A stretch of DNA of 64,000 bases from Clostridiales bacterium Firm_08. GTDB taxonomy: Bacteria > Bacillota > Clostridia > Oscillospirales > QAKW01. The position numbers were made by a program, and so were the translations under genes. This document shows positions 5,779-14,427 of the stretch, piece after piece (position 1 is the stretch's first letter; each line of letters opens with the position of its first letter). The notes below the pieces were generated by a model. That model did not search any database, was not told where the DNA came from, and saw only the letters and a program-made list of their open reading frames with translations. The DNA is taken from contig LVAN01000003.1 of NCBI GenBank assembly GCA_001604045.1, forward strand, positions 63,765 to 127,764, in the 5' to 3' direction.

Positions 5779-7218
5779 CTAAAATTTCAGTTCATCATAC
5801 CCGGCGAGAAAGTCGTCGAGATATCTCTTCATCACGGCGCAGCCGCCGACGGTGTCCGAGGCGGCGTCCACCGGCAGGACGGGATCGTGCACCGACAGGC
5901 GCATCATCAGCCATCCGTCTCCGCGAGACGTGTCGAAGTTGGCGCGTACGCCCTCGTAGTTGGGCGTTTCAAGCGATCCGTAATGCGTGATATATTCTTT
6001 CAGATCATCGATGACCTTCTGCCCGTAGGCGCGGAAATCCGGCGCGGTGATGGTGATGCGGAAGGAAAGCCGTTCGGCCGGCTCCGCCAGATCCCGCAGG
6101 ATGTCGCCCGGCACCTTTCCGTCCGCCAGGGCGCAGAGGATGCGCACCGCGAGATAGGCGCCGTCGTCAAGGTATCCGTTTTCCTTGAGGGCGGCGTGTC
6201 CGCTGGTTTCAATGGCGAGCGGGACGAAAACCCCCTCAGTTTCCAGTCGTTTCGCCTCGTTGATGACGTTTTTGTAGCCGCGTTTGAAGCGGTGATGATG
6301 ACCGCCGCGCGCCTCGATGAAGGTCTTGAGTCCGCTGCCCGTCACCGAGTCGGTGACGATGGTGCCGCCCGGCGTTTCTTCCAGAAGGATGGCGCTGATC
6401 AGCGCGATGAGGCGGTCGGAGTTGATCTCCCGCCCGGTCTCGTCCACTACCGCCGCGCGGTCACAGTCGGTATCGAAGCAGATGCCGAGCGCCGCGCCCG
6501 CCGCTTTGACCGCCGCGGCGGTCGCCTCCATCGCGGCGGCGCTTTCGGGATTGGGGATGTGGACGGGGAAAGTGCCGTCCGGCGTCAGATTGACCGAGCC
6601 GTCAACGTCCGCGCCGAGCGGCGCGAGGACGTCCGTCGCGAAAAAGCCGCCCATGCCGTTGCCGGCGTTGACGATGATCTTTTTGCCGGCGAGCGGCGTT
6701 TCACTGCCCGCGTGCCGCCGCACCAGATCGCGCAGGTGCGCGGCGTAGGGAGTCATAATATCAAAGGGAAGGATCCTGCCGGACTCCGCGGGCGTCACAT
6801 CAGGCGCGAGCGTGAGGATATCCTCAACGTCGCTTGCCTCCAGCCCGCCGGCGCGGGTAAAGAATTTCAGTCCGTTGCGATCCTGCGGCAGATGGGACGC
6901 CGTGATCTCGATCGCGCCGTCACAGTCGGCGTACCCCGTCGCGAAAAACATCGCGGGCGTGGTCGCGCCGCCGCAGGACAGCACCTCACAGCCCTGTCCG
7001 CACAGTCCCTTTTCCGCCGCCGCCCGCAGGGCGGGGGAGGAAAGCCGCGGATCGCCGCCGACAGCAACGCGCGGCGCGCGTCCCGCGGCTTTTTTCAGCA
7101 GGACGGCAAACGCCGCGGCGCATCGCTCGGCGATATCCGGCGTAAGGGTGGGCGCGTCTCCCAGCGCGACGCCGCGGATATCGCTTCCGCTTTTCAGTTT
7201 CATCAGATCCATATCCAT
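5779..7218 (-). CDS. alpha-D-phosphohexomutase (phosphomannomutase/phosphoglucomutase)
   Basis: Active-site loop TASHLPQDRNGLKF and Mg loop FDTDCDR. The in-frame ATG at 7212 has better SD spacing. Confidence 0.85.
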   Translation of the reverse strand: MDMDLMKLKSGSDIRGVALGDAPTLTPDIAERCAAAFAVLLKKAAGRAPRVAVGGDPRLSSPALRAAAEKGLCGQGCEVLSCGGATTPAMFFATGYADCDGAIEITASHLPQDRNGLKFFTRAGGLEASDVEDILTLAPDVTPAESGRILPFDIMTPYAAHLRDLVRRHAGSETPLAGKKIIVNAGNGMGGFFATDVLAPLGADVDGSVNLTPDGTFPVHIPNPESAAAMEATAAAVKAAGAALGICFDTDCDRAAVVDETGREINSDRLIALISAILLEETPGGTIVTDSVTGSGLKTFIEARGGHHHRFKRGYKNVINEAKRLETEGVFVPLAIETSGHAALKENGYLDDGAYLAVRILCALADGKVPGDILRDLAEPAERLSFRITITAPDFRAYGQKVIDDLKEYITHYGSLETPNYEGVRANFDTSRGDGWLMMRLSVHDPVLPVDAASDTVGGCAVMKRYLDDFLAGYDELKF

Positions 7219-7235
7219 TCTCCTATCTGTTTGAT

Positions 7236-9803
7236 CTATTTGTTCAGCCGGGTCAGGACCACGGCGATCTCGTTTCTCGTGATGGAGGCGCCGGGTCGGA
7301 ATTTCCCTTCCGTATCTCCCTCAAAGATCCCGAAAGCGGCGGCGTCGTTTACGGCGTCCTTCGCCCAGTCCGGGATGCTTGACGCGTCTTTGAACGCGCC
7401 GGAGGGTCTGAAACCCGCGAGCTGCGGCAGCAGGGCGCGGATCGCCGAGGCGACCTCAGCGCGGGTGATGGAGCGTTTGGGATAGAAGTACATCTTGCCG
7501 TCCACTTTGGTGCCCGTCATGATGCCGAGTTTGTAAGCCGCCTTGACGTAATTTACGGCCCAGGACGGAATGTCCGCCGCGTCGGCGTAGGGCAGTTTTA
7601 CGGAGGCGTAGGATCCGGCGTTGACTTTTTTCATATTGACGAGCGTGGCACAAAGTTCGGCGCGGGACGCGGTCCGTGTGCCGAGGAAACGGCGCTGTCC
7701 GCTCGTGGTGTCCCCTTCCATCAGTTTGGCGCGGTAGCAGTAGTTGATATAATCTGTCGCCCAGCCGCTCGCCTTGACATCCTTAAAAAAGGCGGTCGGC
7801 TTGTAATCGGAGCGGGTGAGCACGCTGTATTTCCGTGTGCGGTTGCCGTTGTTGTCCGCCGCCTCATAGGTGACCCTGGTGACCAGGGAACCGACCGGTT
7901 CGGTCAGCGTATAGGTCGCGGCGCTCGCTTTGTGCACGTTGTCCAGAAAGATCTCATAACTTTTGGCGTCTACGCCGCTGCCCCAGGCGTTGTCCGCGGC
8001 GGACATTTTCAGTACGGTGCCCTTGACGCCTTTCTGCGTGCCCGCCGGCGACAGGGTGATGGCGGGCGATACCGTATCCGCCGCCGCGCCCCGCCGCGCG
8101 ATCAGATTGTCCACACGCAGCGTACCCGACGTTTTGCCGTTACCGCGGGTAAAGGTCAGGCCGGTATAGACGGCGGCGCCGGACGGGACGGGAAATACGA
8201 TCTCCTTGTACCCGTCGCCCGACAGCGTTACGGCGGCGGACTGTACCGTGCCGCCGTCATCCGTCGTAAAGGTCGCCTGTACTTTGATATTACTGCTCAG
8301 ACCGTCGATCTTGGCGGCGATCGCGGTCGTCCCGGCGGGCAGTACGACGTTGCCCTGCGTCAGCCGCACCGACGAGGCGGCGGCGGGAAGGGTATATCCG
8401 ATCTCGGCGCAGCCGATGCCGCTGTATTCCACACTGTTTTTCTGGATCAGCTGCACAGTGGCGGCGGCGCCGCCCGCTACCACGGCGGAAAAGTTGAGGG
8501 TCTCAAAATCGTTGAGCAGTTTGTCCTGCTCGATAAAACTCACCAGCGCCAGCGCGTTGCCGACGGGACGCTGGGAGCCGTCCGAGGGGTCGTTGAGGAT
8601 GGAGAGAGCGCCCGCGGCGGTAGATCTGGCCGCGATGGTGGAGGAGCCGCCGCCGTCCAGATTGACGGCGGTGTAATATCCGAGATCGACAAGGGTCTGC
8701 GCGGCGTTGACCAGCGGCATCCCCGCGAGATATTCGCTTCCTTTTTTGGATCTGTTGTCAAAGACGAACAGACCCGTCTCCCCGCTTGCCTTGACGGCGA
8801 GCACCGAGCGCGCGACGTAGTTTGAGGCGATGGAGGCGTCCAGCCCGTTTGTCACCGCTTTGCCTTTATTCACGAGCAGGTTGCCGCCCCGCAGGGCGTT
8901 GTAGGCGGTCGCCCACTTGCCCGTCGTCTCGCGGAAGGACACGGTGACGCTGTCGCCGCTCTGCGCGGCGTCCGCCAGCGGCTTGATCTGCGACTTGGGG
9001 CCGACGAGATAGAAGTTGCCGCTTTCCAGTTTGCAGGCGGCGGCGTTGTCCGTCGTATAGGTCCTGTAACCGACGAAAGTGCCGGTGACGCTGCCGCCGA
9101 CGGTGTAGGACCCGCCCGTCTTTTTAAGCACCAGCACGTAGTAGTTGAGGTGGGGGTAGCCGGTATCCCATTTGGCGTAACTGCCGTAATCGGAATTGAG
9201 CATCCAGACACAGCCCGCATCGTAGGCGTGGGGCAGTTGGTTGAATGTGGCGACGGACTTTGTCACACTGCCCGCCGCGGCGGTGATGGAAAAGTTCGGG
9301 ATGCCGTAGATCAGCGCGCCGTTCTCGGTAAATCCGGCGGTATAAAATTCGTACGGCGCGGAGGAGTCCTGCCCGCTGTCTTTTTTATAGGAGTTGGTGG
9401 AGAGCAGTTTACCGTTGCGGATCTGCAGTCCTTCAGCGTTGCCGTACGTGTTGAAAAACCCGCCGTTGACGCCGCCGATGACCTGTCCGGTCTTAAGAGA
9501 GGTGTCGTAACCTCCGAGCTGTGTCGTCACGGCGAACCGGGTGATGTTGGTGTCGCTGTTGACGACCACCGGGACGAGCGCCGCGCCGGGCGTGAATTCC
9601 AGCGACTGCACGATGCCCGTTTTGCCGTTGAACGTGCCGTTATAGGTCTTGATCTTCGCTTTGCCGTAGGCGGTGGCGGTCGATGAGATCCAGCGGATCT
9701 TCAAAGAGGCGATCGCCGCGTCGCCCGCGAAAGTGAGCGAGCCGAGCATACACATCAGCGCCAGCGGCAGAGCGGCTTTTTTGCAGAGATTACGAATTTT
9801 CAT
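7236..9803 (-). CDS. secreted phosphodiester glycosidase (DUF2233) family protein with three C-terminal SLH repeats
   Basis: Signal peptide. The NLDGGGSS motif is typical of DUF2233. C-terminal repeats FKDVKASGWATDYI, YADAADIPSWAVNYV and FKDASSIPDWAKDAV match the SLH pattern. Confidence 0.8.
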   Translation of the reverse strand: MKIRNLCKKAALPLALMCMLGSLTFAGDAAIASLKIRWISSTATAYGKAKIKTYNGTFNGKTGIVQSLEFTPGAALVPVVVNSDTNITRFAVTTQLGGYDTSLKTGQVIGGVNGGFFNTYGNAEGLQIRNGKLLSTNSYKKDSGQDSSAPYEFYTAGFTENGALIYGIPNFSITAAAGSVTKSVATFNQLPHAYDAGCVWMLNSDYGSYAKWDTGYPHLNYYVLVLKKTGGSYTVGGSVTGTFVGYRTYTTDNAAACKLESGNFYLVGPKSQIKPLADAAQSGDSVTVSFRETTGKWATAYNALRGGNLLVNKGKAVTNGLDASIASNYVARSVLAVKASGETGLFVFDNRSKKGSEYLAGMPLVNAAQTLVDLGYYTAVNLDGGGSSTIAARSTAAGALSILNDPSDGSQRPVGNALALVSFIEQDKLLNDFETLNFSAVVAGGAAATVQLIQKNSVEYSGIGCAEIGYTLPAAASSVRLTQGNVVLPAGTTAIAAKIDGLSSNIKVQATFTTDDGGTVQSAAVTLSGDGYKEIVFPVPSGAAVYTGLTFTRGNGKTSGTLRVDNLIARRGAAADTVSPAITLSPAGTQKGVKGTVLKMSAADNAWGSGVDAKSYEIFLDNVHKASAATYTLTEPVGSLVTRVTYEAADNNGNRTRKYSVLTRSDYKPTAFFKDVKASGWATDYINYCYRAKLMEGDTTSGQRRFLGTRTASRAELCATLVNMKKVNAGSYASVKLPYADAADIPSWAVNYVKAAYKLGIMTGTKVDGKMYFYPKRSITRAEVASAIRALLPQLAGFRPSGAFKDASSIPDWAKDAVNDAAAFGIFEGDTEGKFRPGASITRNEIAVVLTRLNK

Positions 9804-9804
9804 T

Positions 9805-10734
9805 TTACTTTTTTCTCCGTGCGGTGATCATCCGGGGCCTGTTTTCAAGATCCCGATGCAGTTTGACTTCCTCCCACTGATTTTGTATAAAAAGTTCCGC
9901 CGCGGCGGCGGCGGTATCCGCGCCCGCTTCCGCGATCATCGCGCCGCCGGGGGACAAAACATCCCCCCAGGTCTGCGCGAGACACCTGTAAAAGGTCAGC
10001 CCGTCGGTACCGCCGTCCAGGGCGGAGACCGGCTCGTTTTTGACCTCGGCGGGAAGTGTTTTCAGATCTTTTGTTTTGATGTAAGGCGGGTTGCAGGTGA
10101 TCAGATCGAAGGACGAGGGCGGGAACAGCACGCCGCCGCCCTGCAGGATATCGCCCTGCACGATATGCGTTCTTTCGGTCAGACCCTGCATTTCGGCGTT
10201 TTTGCCCGCCGCGTCGATCGCGGCGGCGCTGATGTCAAGCAACGTCACGTCGGCGTCCGGCGCCAGCCGCGCCAGCGTCAATCCCACGCATCCGCTGCCG
10301 GTGCAGAGATCCAGCACCCTGGGGCGGGTGATCGCAAGTGTTTTCGCCGCGCCGCGGAGGTATTTCCCGCGGGCGTCGCGCACGTCGGCGCGGTCGGCGG
10401 CGGACAGACAGGGCAGCGCGAGGTCTACCAGCTGTTCCGTTTCGGGGCGGGGGATGAGAACGCCGGGCAGTGTGATGAACTCCGCGCCGTAAAATTCCCA
10501 TTTTCCTAAAAGATACTGCAGCGGCACGCCGCTTTTCCGTTTTTCAAGATCCTCGCGGAAGGCGGCAAGCGCGCTGTCGTCAAAGGGGATCCGCCTGCCC
10601 GTCAGCAGATCGCCGCGGGTGCAGGGGATATGTTTCGTCAGCAGATAATACGCTTCGTTGCCGGCGTTATCCACGCCGGCCGCCTGTAACACGGCGGCGG
10701 CGTCTCTTACGATATTACGCAGGGTCGGATCCAT
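9805..10734 (-). CDS. prmC: peptide chain release factor N5-glutamine methyltransferase
   Basis: SAM motif VLDLCTGSG and catalytic NPPY (CNPPYI). Typical synteny after DUF1385. Confidence 0.9.
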   Translation of the reverse strand: MDPTLRNIVRDAAAVLQAAGVDNAGNEAYYLLTKHIPCTRGDLLTGRRIPFDDSALAAFREDLEKRKSGVPLQYLLGKWEFYGAEFITLPGVLIPRPETEQLVDLALPCLSAADRADVRDARGKYLRGAAKTLAITRPRVLDLCTGSGCVGLTLARLAPDADVTLLDISAAAIDAAGKNAEMQGLTERTHIVQGDILQGGGVLFPPSSFDLITCNPPYIKTKDLKTLPAEVKNEPVSALDGGTDGLTFYRCLAQTWGDVLSPGGAMIAEAGADTAAAAAELFIQNQWEEVKLHRDLENRPRMITARRKK

Positions 10735-11755
10735 CGGTCTCTTGTTCCTTTTCAGGGAGGATCGTTCCGTCCGGCGCGACGTTCAGATCGGTGTCTTTCG
10801 GGTAGTCGTCCAGCACGCCCTTCAGCGCGACGATGGCGATCTCAAGCTGTTTTTCGTCCGGTTCCCTGGTCGTCAGCCGCTGGAACCACAGTCCCGGCGC
10901 GGACAGGATCCTTGTGAACAGGTTGTCGTATTTTCCGGCAAGGCGGATGGCTTCATATGCCAGCCCCAGCATCAGCGGCAAAAAGCAGATGCGCACCGCC
11001 GCGCGGGTCACGGGGTTCGACACCGTGATGAAGGTGGAGATGACGATACCGACGAGCAGCGTCAGAAAGATGAACGAAGTGCCGCAGCGCGGGTGGAAAC
11101 GGCGGAAGCTCCCGGCGTTTTCCGGCGTCAGCTCTTTTTTCTGCTCAAAGCAGAAAATGGTCTTATGTTCCGCGCCGTGATACTGAAAGACGCGTTTGAT
11201 ATCTTTCATCATGGAGATGGAGAGCAGGTAGAGGAAAAAGACGGCGAGTTTGATGACGCCCTCTCCGACGGAGGTGATGACGCGGCGTGTGCTTTCCGAC
11301 AGAGTCTCAAAGCCGGGAAACAATTTTACAATGGAACTTACCGCGAAGGTCGGCAGAACGAGGAACAGCACGATGCCGAGCCCCAGCCCGATCACCAGCG
11401 CGACAGCGCTCAATATCGCCATGCCGGTCTTGCCGAACAGTTTGGTGAGGAATTTCTCGAACTTCGTTTCGGGCGGCGTTTCCTCCGCGGCGTCCGCCAT
11501 CGCGATATCCGCGGCGTATGACATGGCGCCGTAACTTGTTTTCAGCGACTGAACAAAGGCGACAAGCCCCCGCAGCAGCGGGATCTTCGGCAGGACCTTC
11601 ATCGGTTTTTGATTGTCCGTCACCTTCAGCACGATACCGCCGCCGGATCGGCGCACGGCGATCGCCGTGTGCTCCGCCGAGCGCATCATCACGCCCTCGA
11701 TCAGCGCGCTGCCGCCGATGGTCGTGTATTTTGTTTCTTTACTCAATCCGATCAC
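10715..11755 (-). CDS. DUF1385 domain-containing membrane protein
   Basis: GGSALIEGVMMRS and YHGAEHK motifs plus hydrophobic helices. Overlaps the prmC start by 20 nt. Confidence 0.85.
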   Translation of the reverse strand: MIGLSKETKYTTIGGSALIEGVMMRSAEHTAIAVRRSGGGIVLKVTDNQKPMKVLPKIPLLRGLVAFVQSLKTSYGAMSYAADIAMADAAEETPPETKFEKFLTKLFGKTGMAILSAVALVIGLGLGIVLFLVLPTFAVSSIVKLFPGFETLSESTRRVITSVGEGVIKLAVFFLYLLSISMMKDIKRVFQYHGAEHKTIFCFEQKKELTPENAGSFRRFHPRCGTSFIFLTLLVGIVISTFITVSNPVTRAAVRICFLPLMLGLAYEAIRLAGKYDNLFTRILSAPGLWFQRLTTREPDEKQLEIAIVALKGVLDDYPKDTDLNVAPDGTILPEKEQETDGSDPA

Positions 11756-11807
11756 CTCTCGCGTTTACTATCTTTTAATTATAGCATACATTTCCCTATT
11801 TTACAAT

Positions 11808-11840
11808 ATAAAAATAAAGAGCAGGCTTTCCGCGCCTGCT
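11808..11840 (-). terminator. terminator-like hairpin (minus strand)
   Basis: On the minus strand, AGCAGGC-n7-GCCTGCT followed by CTTTATTTTTAT. Confidence 0.5.
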
Positions 11841-11899
11841 TTGTATAGACCCCCAACAATACTATTATAACATGCTTGTCAAGAGAATGCTGCACAAAC

Positions 11900-12055
11900 T
11901 TATATAAAATATTTTGTGCAGTCTGCCGTCTTTACTTTTCGGATCTTTCGTGCTACAATATAGACAGAAAAAGAAAGGAGGGCTACCCCAATGGTCAGAG
12001 AAATGCCACCGGCACATACAGTCAAAAACAATAAAGGGGTGAGTCCAGTGATCAT
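11900..12055 (-). CDS. candidate small hydrophobic peptide (51 aa from ATG 12055; 65 aa if ATG 12097)
   Basis: ORF track 11900..12097. The peptide MITGLTPLLFLTVCAGGISLTIGVALLSFSVYIVARKIRKVKTADCTKYFI is strongly hydrophobic with a basic tail. No Shine-Dalgarno is present. The predicted minus promoter would place the TSS between the two ATGs. Confidence 0.3.
   Translation of the reverse strand: MITGLTPLLFLTVCAGGISLTIGVALLSFSVYIVARKIRKVKTADCTKYFI
11931..11959 (+). promoter_or_regulatory. sigma-A type promoter of plus-strand mini transcription unit
   Basis: TTTACT, 17 nt, TACAAT. Confidence 0.5.
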
Positions 12056-12059
12056 GTAA
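11991..12059 (+). CDS. candidate 22-codon sORF (MVREMPPAHTVKNNKGVSPVIM) on antisense RNA
   Basis: AAAGGAGGG (11974-11982) lies 8 nt before ATG 11991, with stop TAA at 12057-12059. The unit sits between its own promoter and terminator. Too short for the ORF track. Confidence 0.3.
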   Translation: MVREMPPAHTVKNNKGVSPVIM

Positions 12060-12087
12060 GGGTGTGCGGCACCAAGAGAACAACGCA

Positions 12088-12116
12088 ATTTTAACATAAA
12101 TAGTAAGTCCTGCCAA
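12088..12116 (-). promoter_or_regulatory. candidate sigma-A promoter for hydrophobic-peptide RNA
   Basis: On the minus strand, TTGGCA (12116-12111), 17 nt, TAAAAT (12093-12088). The -35 is embedded in the terminator hairpin. Confidence 0.4.
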
Positions 12117-12131
12117 GCGGCAGGACTTTTG
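12105..12131. terminator. hairpin terminator (ends plus-strand mini unit; also lies just after ECF-S gene on minus strand)
   Basis: AAGTCCTGCC-aagc-GGCAGGACTT followed by TTTTG on the plus strand. Confidence 0.6.
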
Positions 12132-12133
12132 TG

Positions 12134-12670
12134 TTATAATTTTATTTTTTCCTTCAGATAGGGGACGCGTCGGGCGGCTTTGGCAAGCAGATAGTACAGC
12201 GCGCCGCAGACGACCGCCTGCAGGACGTTGCCCCAGATGCTGACCGCCGCGCCGGCAAACGCCGCGCGCCAGCCCGCGCCGCCGTCGATGAAAAAGCGGA
12301 TCAGTATGACCTCGGCAAGATAGTAGCCGATAACGCCCGCGACGCCGGAAGCCGCGATCCACAGATCGGGGAAGCGGAAACGCCGCGCGCCGGCTTTGGC
12401 AAGCAGGATGATCAGCGTTTTGACGATCAGCGTCGGGATGACCCACAAAGCATAGCCGTAGGTCAGATCGCTGAGCGCCGCGCCCAGCGCGCCCGCCGCG
12501 ACGGCGTAAGGCGTCGGCAGGAACAGGACGGCGGCATAGATAAAGGTGTCGCCCAGGTTGACGTATCCGCTGTTGCCGAGCGGCAGAGACGGTAAAAACC
12601 GCGCGATGACAAAGATCAGCGCCGTCAGCACCGCGGTCATCGTAAAGCGTGTGATATTATTCCGGGTCAT
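12134..12670 (-). CDS. ECF transporter S component (likely vitamin B6-related by context)
   Basis: 178-aa protein with 5-6 TM helices and the compact size typical of ECF S components. Overlaps the pyridoxal kinase gene end by 14 nt. The B6 substrate assignment rests on context only. Confidence 0.7.
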   Translation of the reverse strand: MTRNNITRFTMTAVLTALIFVIARFLPSLPLGNSGYVNLGDTFIYAAVLFLPTPYAVAAGALGAALSDLTYGYALWVIPTLIVKTLIILLAKAGARRFRFPDLWIAASGVAGVIGYYLAEVILIRFFIDGGAGWRAAFAGAAVSIWGNVLQAVVCGALYYLLAKAARRVPYLKEKIKL

Positions 12671-13508
12671 CGGGGATGAGCTCCTTTAAAAATTTTTCAA
12701 AAAACGGTCCGTCCAGCGGGTCGCCGCCGACTTTACAGGTGTACGCCGCGCTTTTCGCCACGAAATCCGCGGCGGCGCGTACGGCGTCCTCCGGCGCCCT
12801 GCCCCGCAGCAAAAGACCGGTCAGCGCCGAGGCGAACATATCGCCGGTGCCGGCAAACTTCGCGGGCGCTTTTTTACAGGAGAGAGCGGCCGCTTTGCCG
12901 CCGCGCGGCAGGCAGAGATTTACAACGGTGTTTTCGGGGACATCGGGACACAGCGAGTTTTCGATCCCGGTCAGTACGATAAGACAGCCGTATGTTTCCC
13001 CCAGCGCCGCCGCTGTTTTTTCCAGCGCGGCAAGGGTGGTCCGCCCGGGATAGGGCAGATCCGAAAGGATCATCATTTCCGTCACGTTGGGCGTCAGAAC
13101 GTCCGCGCGGGAGGCCAGCCGTTTCATCTCTTTCTGCAGGGTCTCATCGAAAGTCGTGTACGCTCTGCCGTCGTCTCCCATCACGGGATCGACGACTTTC
13201 AGGGCGTTTTTGCCGAAACCGTCGAAAAATTCCTCTACGATCCCGATCTGCTCCGCGCTGCCGAGAAAACCGCTGTAGATCGCGTCAAACGCAATGCCGC
13301 GCTTTTTCCATTCGTCGATATACGCCCGCATATACGGCGTGAAGTCGGTAAAGGAAAAACTGTCATATCCCGTGTGATTGGACAGGATCGCCGTCGGGAG
13401 CGGACAACACTCCACGCCCTGCGCCGCCAGTACGGGGACGCAGACGCCGAGAGAACATCTGCCGAACCCCGACAGATCGTTGATGAGCGCCGCTCTTTTC
13501 CGGTCCAT
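12657..13508 (-). CDS. pdxK: pyridoxal/pyridoxamine kinase
   Basis: N-terminus MDRKRAALINDLSGFGRCSL..LPTAILSNHTGY and C-terminal GTGDMFASAL (ribokinase-fold anion hole). Start chosen at ATG 13508 with a GAGGAGG Shine-Dalgarno. Confidence 0.85.
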   Translation of the reverse strand: MDRKRAALINDLSGFGRCSLGVCVPVLAAQGVECCPLPTAILSNHTGYDSFSFTDFTPYMRAYIDEWKKRGIAFDAIYSGFLGSAEQIGIVEEFFDGFGKNALKVVDPVMGDDGRAYTTFDETLQKEMKRLASRADVLTPNVTEMMILSDLPYPGRTTLAALEKTAAALGETYGCLIVLTGIENSLCPDVPENTVVNLCLPRGGKAAALSCKKAPAKFAGTGDMFASALTGLLLRGRAPEDAVRAAADFVAKSAAYTCKVGGDPLDGPFFEKFLKELIPDDPE

Positions 13509-13537
13509 TTTTCCTTGCCTCCTCTCTTTTGCTTGTA

Positions 13538-13566
13538 AGTTTAGCATAATGCCGTGTAAATTTCAA
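13538..13566 (-). promoter_or_regulatory. sigma-A type promoter for pdxK/ECF-S operon
   Basis: On the minus strand, TTGAAA, 17 nt, TAAACT. Confidence 0.5.
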
Positions 13567-13573
13567 GAAAAAG

Positions 13574-13602
13574 TTGAAAATCTCGCGGATCTGTGTTACA
13601 AT
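13574..13602 (+). promoter_or_regulatory. sigma-A type promoter for yebC-like gene
   Basis: TTGAAA, 17 nt, TACAAT. Confidence 0.55.
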
Positions 13603-13634
13603 ACCTGATACAGTAATTTTTTGGAGTGAATTTT

Positions 13635-14369
13635 ATGTCCGGACATTCAAAATGGAAAAACATCATGCACAAAAAAGGCAAGACCGACGCTCAGCGCGCC
13701 AAGGTCTTTGCCAAGATGGCAAAGGAGATCATGGTCATCGTGAAGGAGGGCGGTCCCGATCCCGCGGCCAATTCCCGCCTTGCCGACGCCATCGCCAAAG
13801 CGAAGGCGGCCAACGTCCCTAATGACAATATCGACCGCGCCATCAAAAAAGGCGCGGGCGCGGACGGCAGTACGAACTACGAGACGCTGATCTACGAGGG
13901 CTACGGCCCCGGCGGCGTCGCGGTGGTGGTGGAATGCCTGACCGATAACAAAAACCGCACCGCCGGCAGCGTGCGCCACTGGTTCGATAAATTCGGCGGC
14001 AATCTCGGATCCACCAACTCTGTCAGCTGGCAGTTCAAGACCTACGGTCAACTTATCATTGAAAAGAAAGACGGCGTCGACGAGGATGAGCTGATGATGA
14101 CGGCGCTGGACGCCGGCGCCGACGACTTCAACGCCGAGGGCGACGCTTTTGAGGTCATCTGCGATCCGTCGGCGTTCCACGGTCTGCGCGAGGCGCTGGA
14201 GGCGGCGGGGTATGAGTTCCTGTCCGCCGAGGTGACGCGGATCCCCGACAACGAGGTGACGCTGACCGACGAAAAGGACATCAAGTTTATGTCCCTGCTG
14301 CTCGAAAACCTGGAGGATGACGACGACGTGCAGAACGTATGGCACAACGCCTCCAACGAGGATCTCTGA
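13635..14369 (+). CDS. YebC/PmpR-family DNA-binding transcriptional regulator
   Basis: MSGHSKWKNIMHKKGKTDAQRAK is the invariant YebC N-terminus. ATG 13635 has a GGAG Shine-Dalgarno. Confidence 0.9.
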   Translation: MSGHSKWKNIMHKKGKTDAQRAKVFAKMAKEIMVIVKEGGPDPAANSRLADAIAKAKAANVPNDNIDRAIKKGAGADGSTNYETLIYEGYGPGGVAVVVECLTDNKNRTAGSVRHWFDKFGGNLGSTNSVSWQFKTYGQLIIEKKDGVDEDELMMTALDAGADDFNAEGDAFEVICDPSAFHGLREALEAAGYEFLSAEVTRIPDNEVTLTDEKDIKFMSLLLENLEDDDDVQNVWHNASNEDL

Positions 14370-14387
14370 TCATTGCTGAAAACCGAG

Positions 14388-14421
14388 GGCGGGTCCCGCG
14401 TTACGCGGGACCCGCCTTTTT
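14388..14421. terminator. bidirectional rho-independent terminator
   Basis: GGCGGGTCCCGCG-tta-CGCGGGACCCGCC followed by TTTTT. Lies between convergent genes. Confidence 0.8.
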
Positions 14422-14427
14422 GACATT

